64,000 bases of DNA, taken from a virus. The DNA lies in IMG/VR virus record IMGVR_UViG_3300045988_156148, positions 17,586-81,585 of that record, one strand, 5' to 3'. This document shows positions 36,985-46,301 of the stretch, piece by piece. Below the pieces are notes generated by a model, which did not search any database, was not told the origin of the DNA, and was given only the letters and a program-made list of their open reading frames with translations. Made by a program: the position numbers and the translations under genes. Each line of letters begins with the position of its first letter. Within the stretch, counting starts at the first letter, position 1.

Positions 36985-37001
36985 AAGTAAATATATACAA
37001 T

Positions 37002-37205
37002 ATGTGGATAAGAATACAGAATCAACGATTGAAAGACGCAAGTATTAAAGAATACAAAGGACGTGGTAATAGTGTATCAAGCGGTAAATACTGCATTGAA
37101 ATGAAGTACGGGAACGGAATAAGGTATTTCTACTTTGACAATGAAGTAGAATATGATAGAGCTTTGTTTCGGCTAGATGAAATCTTAAAAGTACAAGAGG
37201 TTTAA
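37002..37205 (+). CDS. Hypothetical protein
   Basis: Packed co-directional ORF. Confidence 0.5.
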   Translation: MWIRIQNQRLKDASIKEYKGRGNSVSSGKYCIEMKYGNGIRYFYFDNEVEYDRALFRLDEILKVQEV

Positions 37206-37246
37206 TTAAGGCAGTGAACACTTAATGTAAAATAGGAGGATAAATT

Positions 37247-37381
37247 ATGACAGTACAAGAACTAATTGATATTTTATCTGAAATTAAAGATAAAAGCAAA
37301 CCTGTGACAATAGACATTTTGGATGATGAAGTGAAAGACGTCATAGAGCGTGAAGATTGTGTTGAACTTTATAATTATTGA
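37247..37381 (+). CDS. Small hypothetical protein (44 aa)
   Basis: MTVQELIDILSEIKDKSKPVTIDILDDEVKDV.. Falls below the track cutoff. Confidence 0.35.
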   Translation: MTVQELIDILSEIKDKSKPVTIDILDDEVKDVIEREDCVELYNY

Positions 37382-37405
37382 ATATGATAGTTGAAGCTTT
37401 AAGCT

Positions 37406-37476
37406 TGTGGAGATATGAGTGGGGTTACTCACTCAGCCCACGAAGCCCACAAACTGAAGATTTGTGGGTAGTTCAC
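37406..37476 (+). mobile_element. Orphan IS right end / omega-RNA 3' fragment homologous to the 3' end of the 10-kb tnpB element
   Basis: TGTGGAGATATGAG..GGTTACT..CAGCCCACGAA(G/A)CCCA..TGGGTAGTTCAC aligns with the reverse complement of 10063-10133. Both hairpins are retained with compensatory changes. Homology ends exactly at GTTCAC in both copies. Confidence 0.7.
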
Positions 37477-37572
37477 AAGTTATATAAATGTTAAATACAC
37501 ATATTCTCTTGCACATCTCAAAAATAAAGAGGATATTTGCAATGTATCTGAAACGTAGCAATGGATGATATA

Positions 37573-37711
37573 TGATTATATTATTTTTTTTTGATTATAA
37601 AGTTTTTTTTGATTATATAACCGTATGTTAACAATTGCTACCGTTGTATTTATACAATGTCTGTTAACACGGTAACAATAGAACCGTACTGATAGAGTTT
37701 CAGCTACGGTT
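37573..37711. repeat. Iteron-like repeats upstream of the wHTH/Rep-like gene
   Basis: GATTATA x3 (37574, 37593, 37611), each after a T-tract. AACCGTA x3, two direct at 37619 and 37682 and one inverted at 37705-37711. GTTAACA x2. Inverted ATTG(C/T)TACCGT pair. Palindrome TTGTATTTATACAA at 37644-37657. Confidence 0.6.
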
Positions 37712-37733
37712 TTATTGTTTTATATATATAATT

Positions 37734-38489
37734 ATGAAAAGACTAAGTAGGAAAAGATATAATGAAATAATATCCGCTACCGATGAACGGAAAGCGATAG
37801 CCCTACTTATTTTTATAAAACAAAAGTTTAGATCATCAGTCGTTCTTAATTTTTCTTATTACAAACTATCCAAAATTACAGGTCTGCATAAAAATACAGT
37901 GAAGAAGCGGTTAGAAGCTCTTGGAAGCATGGAACTATTAGATTTTGTTGGAAAGAACAATAAACATCTTCTTTTTAAATCGGTTCGTGCTGCTAAGTCA
38001 AATGTAAGATTAGATGGATTGGATTTATCAAATATCAAGGCGATTGAAACCGGATTGCAAGCATTATTTATAACGGAAGAACAAAGACGGAAAAATTACG
38101 TCAATCATCAAGTTATTAAAGGGACTAAGCCGAAAGGACATTTATCTAAATCAAAGTACAGAGAATGGAAGAAGGCTAAAAAGTTCTGCACCATGCATGG
38201 ATTGACTGAATTTAAAGACAATGGGATTTCGTTTGATACATTGGCTAAAAGAATGAAAACAAGCAAAAGTAAAGTTGCTAAAGCGATTTCTTTTGGTGAA
38301 AAAATTGGAATTTTAAGAAGGAATCATAACTTTAAGGTTGTTTGCCCTTTTGATTCTAAAATGGATGCTTTGTTATGTTTGAAACATAACTTTCAAGGTA
38401 GGCTTAAAGTTATTGACAACAACTTAGTATATATCATGTGTAACACGTACTCTGTCATTGGAAGTAAACAGGCGGCTTTAATGTATTAG
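37734..38489 (+). CDS. Winged-helix DNA-binding protein, Rep/initiator-like or regulator
   Basis: LSKITGLHKNTVKKRLEALGSMELLDFVG HTH, and a second HTH-like segment (LAKRMKTSKSKVAKAISFGEKIGIL). Preceded by an iteron field. Confidence 0.5.
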   Translation: MKRLSRKRYNEIISATDERKAIALLIFIKQKFRSSVVLNFSYYKLSKITGLHKNTVKKRLEALGSMELLDFVGKNNKHLLFKSVRAAKSNVRLDGLDLSNIKAIETGLQALFITEEQRRKNYVNHQVIKGTKPKGHLSKSKYREWKKAKKFCTMHGLTEFKDNGISFDTLAKRMKTSKSKVAKAISFGEKIGILRRNHNFKVVCPFDSKMDALLCLKHNFQGRLKVIDNNLVYIMCNTYSVIGSKQAALMY

Positions 38490-38509
38490 AGTATCAAAAA
38501 TGACCTATT

Positions 38510-38965
38510 ATGAATGAAGAAAAATCAGAATTTGCCAATGATTTGTATAGACTAGGCAAAGTAGCAATATTGAGATTTGCTGAATTGTTAGAAAAAGAAG
38601 GTGTAAATGAAAATACTGGTAAAGTAATAGAAATAGCTTCTGTCAGTATAAGAAATTTTGAAAAAGCAGGTTTTGACTGTGCAGAATTGAGAAATGCACT
38701 TTATAGGGCAATAAGTGTATTTAGCAAATCTAAAAAGAGAAAAGAATTACCGATAGGTACTGAAATAAAACTACCATTTACTACTTTAAAAGTAGAAGAA
38801 TGGGGTGATGGTGTAACCCCTTCTTGCGCAAATTGTTTCTTTTTAGACGTTTGTAAAGAGAATGGTAAATTTGTATATGAATCTTTTGGAATTTGTGATG
38901 CTTCTGAAAGAGAAGATGAAACCAATGTTATATTTAAAGAGATAATCTATGAAAACATGGAATAG
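38510..38965 (+). CDS. Hypothetical protein
   Basis: Packed co-directional ORF. Confidence 0.5.
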   Translation: MNEEKSEFANDLYRLGKVAILRFAELLEKEGVNENTGKVIEIASVSIRNFEKAGFDCAELRNALYRAISVFSKSKKRKELPIGTEIKLPFTTLKVEEWGDGVTPSCANCFFLDVCKENGKFVYESFGICDASEREDETNVIFKEIIYENME

Positions 38966-39155
38966 AATGATAAAGAACGGATGGAATAACGCTAGGGAAA
39001 TAAAACCTAGCAAATATAACACCGTTAATGTCTGTCTCAAAGATGGCAGATATACTAACTCCTTTTGGACTGGAAGAGAATGGGCTTATAATGTAGAGCC
39101 TATCTTATGGAGAGAAATCGAAGAAGTAATAGTACCAATGTGTAAACGAATTTAA
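38949..39155 (+). CDS. Hypothetical protein
   Basis: Packed co-directional ORF. Confidence 0.5.
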   Translation: MKTWNRMIKNGWNNAREIKPSKYNTVNVCLKDGRYTNSFWTGREWAYNVEPILWREIEEVIVPMCKRI

Positions 39156-39167
39156 TAATAAAAAGCT

Positions 39168-39569
39168 ATGATAAAAGAAATTATAGATCAATGGGAAGCT
39201 AATAAGCATAAGTTGGAAAAATGGTTTAGAGAAAACGAATTGAAAGAATATGATTCATACTTAAAAATAGTAAGAGCTATATTCACGTATGTTATATCTG
39301 AATATGATGTGAAAAATATACACGTAATTAATGATGGAGATTGGTCAGGTACAGAGATATTCATCATCCCTGAAAAAGATGTATATCAGCCTGGAATAGA
39401 AGATTATCTTATGACACATACCTATTATGGTTCTTGTTCCGGTTGTGATACCTTATTGAATATAATAGACTTTTACGAAGAAGATTATCCAAATGAAGAG
39501 CAAGTTAAACAATTAATGACTCTCTCTCTTCACTTAATACAAAGAATGAAACCATTATGCGAACAGTAA
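39168..39569 (+). CDS. Hypothetical protein
   Basis: Packed co-directional ORF. Confidence 0.5.
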   Translation: MIKEIIDQWEANKHKLEKWFRENELKEYDSYLKIVRAIFTYVISEYDVKNIHVINDGDWSGTEIFIIPEKDVYQPGIEDYLMTHTYYGSCSGCDTLLNIIDFYEEDYPNEEQVKQLMTLSLHLIQRMKPLCEQ

Positions 39570-39739
39570 TATTGTTATCAGCCACATTAATAGCTGAAAG
39601 CATTAACCACCAATGTGTAAACGAGAATGTAGATCTTTTATATATATGTATGTCTTTTTGTATAGGCTTTGATGTTATTGATTTTATTTCAAAATTTTTA
39701 AAAAATAAATATGAAAGCAGAAGAAATGAGAATTGGTAA
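39557..39739 (+). CDS. Small membrane protein
   Basis: 60 aa and hydrophobic. Overlaps both neighbours. Confidence 0.4.
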   Translation: MRTVILLSATLIAESINHQCVNENVDLLYICMSFCIGFDVIDFISKFLKNKYESRRNENW

Positions 39740-40139
39740 TTACGTTAAAATAGATACAGGAATTGGCAAAGCAGTATCTCTAATGAGTAATACTTTTTGC
39801 AATGAATGTGCTAATGACGATTACAACATAACAATTGAGATGGGCGATGGTACTTTCAGAGAAGAGGAAGAAACTAAAGTTGAAGGTATTCCTCTAACAG
39901 AAGAAATACTCCTGAATTGCGGATTTGAAAAGATTAATCATATTAGTGGATATATCTTTTATTCTTTTGATAGAAATTATAAGAGAGAAAAATTTGCTTA
40001 TATGCCATTAGACGTATATCTTAACCCTAATTGTACTAAATTAGCTAATTTCACAGTTCAACAAAATGTAGAATATGTCCACCAATTACAAAACTTGTTT
40101 TTTGCAATTAATGGGAAAGAATTAAACATACAATTATGA
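39711..40139 (+). CDS. Hypothetical protein
   Basis: Packed co-directional ORF. Confidence 0.5.
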   Translation: MKAEEMRIGNYVKIDTGIGKAVSLMSNTFCNECANDDYNITIEMGDGTFREEEETKVEGIPLTEEILLNCGFEKINHISGYIFYSFDRNYKREKFAYMPLDVYLNPNCTKLANFTVQQNVEYVHQLQNLFFAINGKELNIQL

Positions 40140-40443
40140 AGAGTAACGTTTACTACCTATTTTTAGTACTGATGGCATTACTGTTGATGTCATGTGAGAA
40201 AGCATCGCGAACAGAGAAAGATTCAGCTATAGAGTATGATGTGATTGAGATTGATTAATGTGAATACATTATGATTCAATCAAGAACTTATTATGGATAT
40301 ATAGTAACTAGCATCGGTCATAAAGGGAATTGTAAGTATTGCAAAGAAAGGAATAATACAGAACAGATTAATACTAGTGTAGAACATAAGACTGTTACTG
40401 ATACTATCCTAATTTATAAATATGTTAAACAAGATGAGAAATG
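40136..40443 (+). pseudogene. Small lipoprotein gene split by an in-frame TAA
   Basis: MKSNVYYLFLVLMALLLMSCEK.. carries a lipobox. TAA at 40256-40258 is followed in the same frame by CEYIMIQSRTYYGYIVTSIGHKGNCKYCK.., so the two halves read as one protein. Confidence 0.45.
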
Positions 40444-40719
40444 AATATAGATAAATTAATAGATGATGCTATTGGAGGCTATAATGCATATCTACGCTAC
40501 TGCGACCTTCTAGCTGTGGAGGCACAAAGATATATTGACTTTGATGACTTTGTTTCTTGTGAGTATATCAATGGCACAGGACTTAGTATATTGGTAACAT
40601 TACCTGAAACAGATGATTATACTATTCCCGAATGTGTATGTCCTGTAGTAGGGTTCTTTGAATATGCCAAAGGTAAGGACAAACTATCAGTATATGACAT
40701 TAAAAAACTATCATTATGA
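40441..40719 (+). CDS. Hypothetical protein
   Basis: Packed co-directional ORF. Confidence 0.5.
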   Translation: MNIDKLIDDAIGGYNAYLRYCDLLAVEAQRYIDFDDFVSCEYINGTGLSILVTLPETDDYTIPECVCPVVGFFEYAKGKDKLSVYDIKKLSL

Positions 40720-40931
40720 AAACAGAATCAAGTGTAGTAAATCCGTATAATGGAATGTTCGGGCAGCAGGGATGGATTTGCCCGAAGTGTGGGAGAGTTT
40801 ATTCACCTTTTACTCAAATGTGTCTGTATTGTAAACCAAATAATACAACAAATATTTCTAATCTTGGTAACAGAACTAATAATATTGTCAGTGAAGAAGA
40901 ACTAAGAGAAAACCGTAAAACGATAAAATAA
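40716..40931 (+). CDS. Small zinc-ribbon protein
   Basis: CPKCG..x12..CLYC motif. Confidence 0.5.
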   Translation: MKTESSVVNPYNGMFGQQGWICPKCGRVYSPFTQMCLYCKPNNTTNISNLGNRTNNIVSEEELRENRKTIK

Positions 40932-41012
40932 CGAATTAAATAGCCTTGGACGGGCTTTGTAAAATCCTTAAACATTATTACATTTGAACAAGAAGTTGTA
41001 GAAAACAAAAGA

Positions 41013-41222
41013 TTGCGTCAAGAAATTGATGCTAAGATTCAAGAAGTGAAAGACCTTCCAGTAAGTCGTGAACGTAGCCTTACTATCACAAAATTACAAG
41101 AAGCTGTTATGTGGCTCGGTATGGATTTGAAACGACTGGGTACTGATAATCCTTATCCATCAAGTAAAGACCCTTCAACGGGAACAGTTATAGAACCTAC
41201 CGCTGATGGATTGAAGCTATGA
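41013..41222 (+). CDS. Hypothetical protein (non-ATG start)
   Basis: The track start is TTG, and there is no ATG in the open frame from 40944. The LQEAVMWLGMDLKRLG..NPYP motif recurs in phage proteins of unknown function. Confidence 0.45.
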   Translation: MRQEIDAKIQEVKDLPVSRERSLTITKLQEAVMWLGMDLKRLGTDNPYPSSKDPSTGTVIEPTADGLKL

Positions 41223-41494
41223 TTACTCAACAACACATTGATGCACTTAAAAAGTACCTTGGGGAAGAAAACCTAAGGTACTTCCGACACTTGAAAGGTT
41301 TGAAAGGATGCGTATTCCCCGTCCTAAGGTTGAATTTCAATAGAAAACACATTCCGTTTCATCCTGTAGGATTGAGGGAAGGTATGCAAATAAGAAATTG
41401 GATGCGTGCGAATTTTCCTGAATTCAGAAAGCTATCTCAAGACAAGATTGAGAAATATTCTAAGGAATTGGTAGAAAAAGCAATAATAAATTGA
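41219..41494 (+). CDS. Hypothetical protein
   Basis: Packed co-directional ORF. Confidence 0.5.
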   Translation: MITQQHIDALKKYLGEENLRYFRHLKGLKGCVFPVLRLNFNRKHIPFHPVGLREGMQIRNWMRANFPEFRKLSQDKIEKYSKELVEKAIIN

Positions 41495-41522
41495 CATAAA
41501 ACAAATAAGAAAGGAATTAATC

Positions 41523-42248
41523 ATGAAATATATGGGAAGTAAGGCAAGAATAGCTAAAGAACTTTTGCCTATAATACTAAAAGATAGATTAGAGAGACAA
41601 TATTACGTAGAGCCATTTTGCGGTGGATGCAATATCATGGATAAGGTAGATGGGAATAGAATTGCCAATGATAGCAACTCTTATCTTATAAGTATGTGGA
41701 AAAGTTTGACTACCGGATGGCAGCCTCCATTAATAATAGAACGAGATTTTTATAATGAAGTTAGAAATTGTTACAACACGAAAAACGGTTTGTTCAATGA
41801 TGATTTAATTGGATGGGTTGGTTTTATGGGAAGTTATAACGGACGTTTTTTTGATGGAGGATATTCAGGACATTCAGTAAAAATAAATGGAGGCTTCCGT
41901 GATTATATTGGAGAGTCAATTAGGAATATCTTACATCAAGTGGACAGTTTGAAGGGTGTTTCTTTTTTAAGTGTAGATTATAAAGACCTAGTATTACCAT
42001 CATGCTCAATAATTTACTGCGATCCACCTTATAATGGAGTCAAAAAATACAATTATTCTATAAATAACGAAGAGTTTTGGAATTGGTGCAGGAGCAAAGT
42101 TGATGAAGGACATAAAGTATTTGTTTCAGAATATAACGCACCTAACGATTTTGTGTGTATTTGGGAACATACTGTTAAAACTGCAATAAATCAAATAATA
42201 ACAAAACATGCTACTGAAAAACTGTTTATACATAATTCACAAGTTTAA
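41523..42248 (+). CDS. Dam-like (D12 class) N6-adenine DNA methyltransferase
   Basis: MKYMGSKARIAKELLPII..EPFCGGCN (AdoMet motif) and IIYCDPPY (catalytic DPPY). Confidence 0.8.
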   Translation: MKYMGSKARIAKELLPIILKDRLERQYYVEPFCGGCNIMDKVDGNRIANDSNSYLISMWKSLTTGWQPPLIIERDFYNEVRNCYNTKNGLFNDDLIGWVGFMGSYNGRFFDGGYSGHSVKINGGFRDYIGESIRNILHQVDSLKGVSFLSVDYKDLVLPSCSIIYCDPPYNGVKKYNYSINNEEFWNWCRSKVDEGHKVFVSEYNAPNDFVCIWEHTVKTAINQIITKHATEKLFIHNSQV

Positions 42249-42276
42249 CTAAAAATAAAATAGAAAGGGGACTAAT

Positions 42277-42468
42277 ATGTATGTAGCAAGAGACAAAGAC
42301 GGTGATTTGTATCTTTATAAAAAGCAACCCGTGAAGTATTCGGAAAGTTGGCAATTATGTAGTGACAATCCCCATGATTTCTATAAGCTAGACTCTTCTT
42401 TATTCCCCGAAGTAAAATGGGAAGATGAAGAGCCGACAGAAGTTGAATTGGTAAAGAAAGGAAAATAA
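42277..42468 (+). CDS. Hypothetical protein
   Basis: Packed co-directional ORF. Confidence 0.5.
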   Translation: MYVARDKDGDLYLYKKQPVKYSESWQLCSDNPHDFYKLDSSLFPEVKWEDEEPTEVELVKKGK

Positions 42469-42470
42469 CT

Positions 42471-42674
42471 ATGAAAAATAGAAAAAAGTTAGCAATAGCA
42501 ATCCTCTGTCGTGCTTATCTCCATATTCATGGATTTATTACAGATAGTGAAAATAGAAGAATACACAATAAAATTATGAAATGGCAGAATGAAAATAAGG
42601 TATCTATTTCAGAAGCGCAATTGGATTCTGCTGATTTCATTTATGATGATAACGCTAAAGAAGAGGAGAAATAA
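42471..42674 (+). CDS. Hypothetical protein
   Basis: Packed co-directional ORF. Confidence 0.5.
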   Translation: MKNRKKLAIAILCRAYLHIHGFITDSENRRIHNKIMKWQNENKVSISEAQLDSADFIYDDNAKEEEK

Positions 42675-42676
42675 CT

Positions 42677-43141
42677 ATGGGATTTACAACACCGTGTATC
42701 ATTCGTAAAAATACCACCAAGATTAGAGATAGATTAAAAGAGCTTGACTACAATTGCAATCCATATTTAGGTTGGCATAATCTATATACTACTATACATG
42801 GATATGCTTCGGTTTATTCAATGAACGATGATGATATAAATGTTCTCTCTAAAAAAATAGATAGTTTTATTGATTGCGGAACTAATGAAGAACTTTTCTT
42901 GGCAATAGCCGCATTACGGGATGATACAGATGAAAATCAATGGTTTGTAGCAGATTCACCGCTTAGCGTTTCTTATGATGATATTGTGGGTAATGACCAT
43001 TATTTCACAGAACCCAAAGGCAGTATGTTCTTTTGGGATGAAAATTGGATGCACGCAACAATCATTTCAGGGAATTACCACAAGGCTACCGTAGAAGAGC
43101 TAATAGAACACTTTAAAGAAAAGGAGGAGAATCATGGATAG
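42677..43141 (+). CDS. Hypothetical protein (AALRDDTD family; paralog of 58626..59086)
   Basis: CGTNEELFLAIAALRDDTDENQWF..YHKATVEELIEHF is shared with the 58.6-kb paralog. Confidence 0.55.
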   Translation: MGFTTPCIIRKNTTKIRDRLKELDYNCNPYLGWHNLYTTIHGYASVYSMNDDDINVLSKKIDSFIDCGTNEELFLAIAALRDDTDENQWFVADSPLSVSYDDIVGNDHYFTEPKGSMFFWDENWMHATIISGNYHKATVEELIEHFKEKEENHG

Positions 43142-43334
43142 CATACAGACACAAACATTTGCTATCAGAGGGAATGACGATGCTGTGGCATATATTGATT
43201 TTTGTGATGGAGATTTATGTGTTTCTGTTGTAGTAGAAGGCAAACAGGCAGATTTTCACTTTGAGCCTGTTACTTTGAAGATGTTTGCCTATGCTTATAA
43301 GTTGCATTGTGAAGAATTTAAAAAGGAGGAATAA
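43134..43334 (+). CDS. Hypothetical protein
   Basis: Packed co-directional ORF. Confidence 0.5.
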   Translation: MDSIQTQTFAIRGNDDAVAYIDFCDGDLCVSVVVEGKQADFHFEPVTLKMFAYAYKLHCEEFKKEE

Positions 43335-43336
43335 TA

Positions 43337-43726
43337 ATGAAAGAAGAATTTATAACATTAGAAACAGCGAAGCTGATGAAAAATAAAGGGTTCAGCGAAT
43401 GTGTATTTACTTTTTATGAAGCAGATGGCGTAGAAGGTGACATGATACTATCTGAAACTTACGATTATTCAGAGAATTTCAATAAAAGAGAGGGTTTCCT
43501 TTCTGCACCTTCCCAATCTCTCGTCCAAAAGTGGCTACGTGAAACCAAGAACCTGCATATAGCCATCATTAGAAACGCTTGCGGTTATGGCTATGATATA
43601 TGCAAGGCTGACAATGGCACTCATATAACCGATGGGATATTTGAAGGCACGAATGATGGCGGTCAATGGGACACCTATGAAGAAGCATTGGAAGCTGGAA
43701 TACAGAAAGCAATTGAACTAATATAA
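43337..43726 (+). CDS. Hypothetical protein
   Basis: Packed co-directional ORF. Confidence 0.5.
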   Translation: MKEEFITLETAKLMKNKGFSECVFTFYEADGVEGDMILSETYDYSENFNKREGFLSAPSQSLVQKWLRETKNLHIAIIRNACGYGYDICKADNGTHITDGIFEGTNDGGQWDTYEEALEAGIQKAIELI

Positions 43727-43737
43727 AATACAAAATT

Positions 43738-44112
43738 ATGAAACCATTTGATTTAGAAAAAGCAAAAGCAGGTGCGCCTCTATGCACAAGAGAAGGATTT
43801 AGAGCTAGAATTGTATGTTTTGATGCAAATAACGATAGATTCCCTATTGTTGCTCTACTTGAAGGCGAGGATGGCAAAGAATATCCCGCTTCTTTTACTA
43901 AAAAAGGACGATTTTCTGATGGAGAAAAAGACAGTCATGCCGATTTATGCATGGTGGGAGAGAAGAAAGAAGGATGGATAAATATATATGAAACATTCAT
44001 GGAAAGATGTATTGGAGCGGTTCACAAATCAAAAGAAGAAGCCATGCGTATGAAAGTCAATGAAAAAGATGTTACATGCAAAGCTACGGTTAGAGTAGAA
44101 TGGGAGGAATGA
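43738..44112 (+). CDS. Hypothetical protein
   Basis: Packed co-directional ORF. Confidence 0.5.
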   Translation: MKPFDLEKAKAGAPLCTREGFRARIVCFDANNDRFPIVALLEGEDGKEYPASFTKKGRFSDGEKDSHADLCMVGEKKEGWINIYETFMERCIGAVHKSKEEAMRMKVNEKDVTCKATVRVEWEE

Positions 44113-44113
44113 T

Positions 44114-44320
44114 ATGTATGATTATGAAAAGATGAAAGCTGAAATGTTTGAAGGTGGCAATACTAGCAAATATTCCAAAGGAGAAGTATTAAATGAAGTG
44201 TGTGGTGATAGTTGGGAAGTGATGTGTTGTATAGAATTCATGGAAAAATTTGGTTTTCTAAGAGAAATACCTTCTTTAGGGAATATAGCACAAGATAGGA
44301 GATTTGTTTCATTAATATAA
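44114..44320 (+). CDS. Hypothetical protein
   Basis: Packed co-directional ORF. Confidence 0.5.
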   Translation: MYDYEKMKAEMFEGGNTSKYSKGEVLNEVCGDSWEVMCCIEFMEKFGFLREIPSLGNIAQDRRFVSLI

Positions 44321-44329
44321 AAATAGTTT

Positions 44330-46282
44330 ATGAAAAAAGTAATTTTAAAAAAGCTTATTCTCCAAAATTGGAGAAAACAAAACAAGGAAATATCTTTTAA
44401 TGAAGATATTACTAAAGTATATGGTCAAAATAAAGCAGGTAAGTCCTCTCTTCGTCATGCATTCCTATGGCTTATTACAGGATATGATGGGGAAAATAGA
44501 ATGAACTATAATTTGTTCGACAATACTAAAACATATACACCAGAAGATTCTCCTGCTGCTGTCGTTGAGGCTATCATCGAGGCAAATGGATATGAATATT
44601 CATTGAAAAAAACAGCAGAAGTGGGATGGATTAGACGTAGAGGAAGCAATTCTTATGAAAGAAAAGGGACAGATGATTATAAGTTCTTTATTGACGGAGT
44701 AGAATTGAGTGCCGGAAAGTATAAAGAAAAGGTTGCAGATTTATTTTGTGATTTGGAAGTTCTTCGCTCTATTTTGGATATTAATTACTTTTTATATTTA
44801 GATTGGAAAGAACAACGTAAATATCTTGCTGTAATGGCAGGTGAAATAACAGACAACGACTTAACGGGTAATTATAAGGAATTATTGGAGCAACTAGAGA
44901 AGTATTCACTCTCTGAATTAAAAGCCCGAATTTCGTCAGATATTAAACCTCTAAAAGACTCTCTTAAATCCCTTCCTCTTACGATAAAAACTTTGGAGGA
45001 AAATCTGCCAAATGTAGAAGAGGCGGAAAGTGCTAAGAAAGCCATAGAAGATTATAAAAATCAAATTTCGGATATAGATAAAGAATTACAAGGAAGTGCT
45101 GAATCTATTAAACCTCTAATAGAAAAGAGAAATAAAGATTTGCAAGAAATATCTGATTGGGAACGGAATATTAGAACTGAAAAAGAAAAATACGATGAAG
45201 AACAGAATAAGATTTCAGCTTCTATTCTTTCTAATATATGTTCTGTAACAGAAGAGAATAAAAATATAGATAATAAAAACGAAGAAAACCGAAGAAAAAG
45301 AAGAGTTCTATCTGATAAAATAAAATCATTAAATATAGATTTAGGAATTCTAAATGAAAGAAGAAATAATCTATTAACTAAATTGGATGAATGTTTGGAA
45401 AAGGAATTTTCAGCAGATAAATGTTCTTATTGTGGACAAACTCTTCCTGATGACAAATTAGAATTATTAAAAAAGGAGTTTTATAAACAAGTAGAAATAG
45501 AAAAAGAAAATATAATAAAAGAAGGGCTGAATGTAAAAGCAAGAATTGATGATGTAACTAAAGTAATTGCAGAATGTGAAGAGAATCTTGCTGATATTCC
45601 GACTGCTCTTTTGGAGAAGAAAGATCTGTCTACTTTACAAAAAGAATATGATGAAGTTCAACAAAATATTATCCCATTTGAGCAAACTGAAAAATATAAA
45701 TCATTAGTTAGCTTATTGGAAGAAAAGAAAAAGACAATAACAACTATTCCTGAACAAGATAATTCAGGTTTACTTTCCATGAAAAAGGCTTTGATGTCGA
45801 ATATTGAAGAGGAAAGCAAAAAAATGGGACTTATTGATGAGCGCAAAAAACAAGAGAAAAAAATAGAAGAATTTAAGAAACAACTGAAAGATACAGCTAA
45901 TGCCTTGGCAGAAAAAGAGAAGTTAGATGCGCAAATTAAAGCATACGAAGAAGAAAGAGCTAAGATCATTTCAAAGCGAGTTAATAAATACTTCAAACGT
46001 TGCAATATTACCATGATGTCGCAGGATAAATCCGGTGTTTGGATTCCTGATTGTGTTATTACTGGTATTGATGGAGCAATTGCTGCTACATCAAACGGTG
46101 CAGAAAGAATACTTATTGGTATTGATATTGCAAATGCTTTTGCAGATTTCTTCAATGTAAGTTTGCCTCTGTTTGTTGATGATATGAATCTAATAGATTC
46201 TAGCAATGAAATAAAAACTTGCCATCAATTAATCGAATTAATAGTAAATGATAGTGATAATGAATTAAGAGTTGAATATTAA
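44330..46282 (+). CDS. Rad50/SbcC-like recombination ATPase with central CxxC hook
   Basis: Walker A GQNKAGKSS near the N-terminus, long coiled coils, CSYCGQ hook mid-protein, and Walker B LPLFVDDMNLID near the C-terminus. Confidence 0.75.
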   Translation: MKKVILKKLILQNWRKQNKEISFNEDITKVYGQNKAGKSSLRHAFLWLITGYDGENRMNYNLFDNTKTYTPEDSPAAVVEAIIEANGYEYSLKKTAEVGWIRRRGSNSYERKGTDDYKFFIDGVELSAGKYKEKVADLFCDLEVLRSILDINYFLYLDWKEQRKYLAVMAGEITDNDLTGNYKELLEQLEKYSLSELKARISSDIKPLKDSLKSLPLTIKTLEENLPNVEEAESAKKAIEDYKNQISDIDKELQGSAESIKPLIEKRNKDLQEISDWERNIRTEKEKYDEEQNKISASILSNICSVTEENKNIDNKNEENRRKRRVLSDKIKSLNIDLGILNERRNNLLTKLDECLEKEFSADKCSYCGQTLPDDKLELLKKEFYKQVEIEKENIIKEGLNVKARIDDVTKVIAECEENLADIPTALLEKKDLSTLQKEYDEVQQNIIPFEQTEKYKSLVSLLEEKKKTITTIPEQDNSGLLSMKKALMSNIEEESKKMGLIDERKKQEKKIEEFKKQLKDTANALAEKEKLDAQIKAYEEERAKIISKRVNKYFKRCNITMMSQDKSGVWIPDCVITGIDGAIAATSNGAERILIGIDIANAFADFFNVSLPLFVDDMNLIDSSNEIKTCHQLIELIVNDSDNELRVEY

Positions 46283-46301
46283 TTTTTAAAAAGTAAAAGT
46301 T

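Noticed and set aside
40716-41222. Read-through joining ORF 40716..40931 to ORF 41013..41222 (same frame)
   Set aside because: Two stops (TAA 40929, TAG 40941) and 27 intervening codons with no similarity argue against it, and two ORFs share a frame by chance one time in three. The missing ATG of the second ORF is noted only as a non-canonical start.
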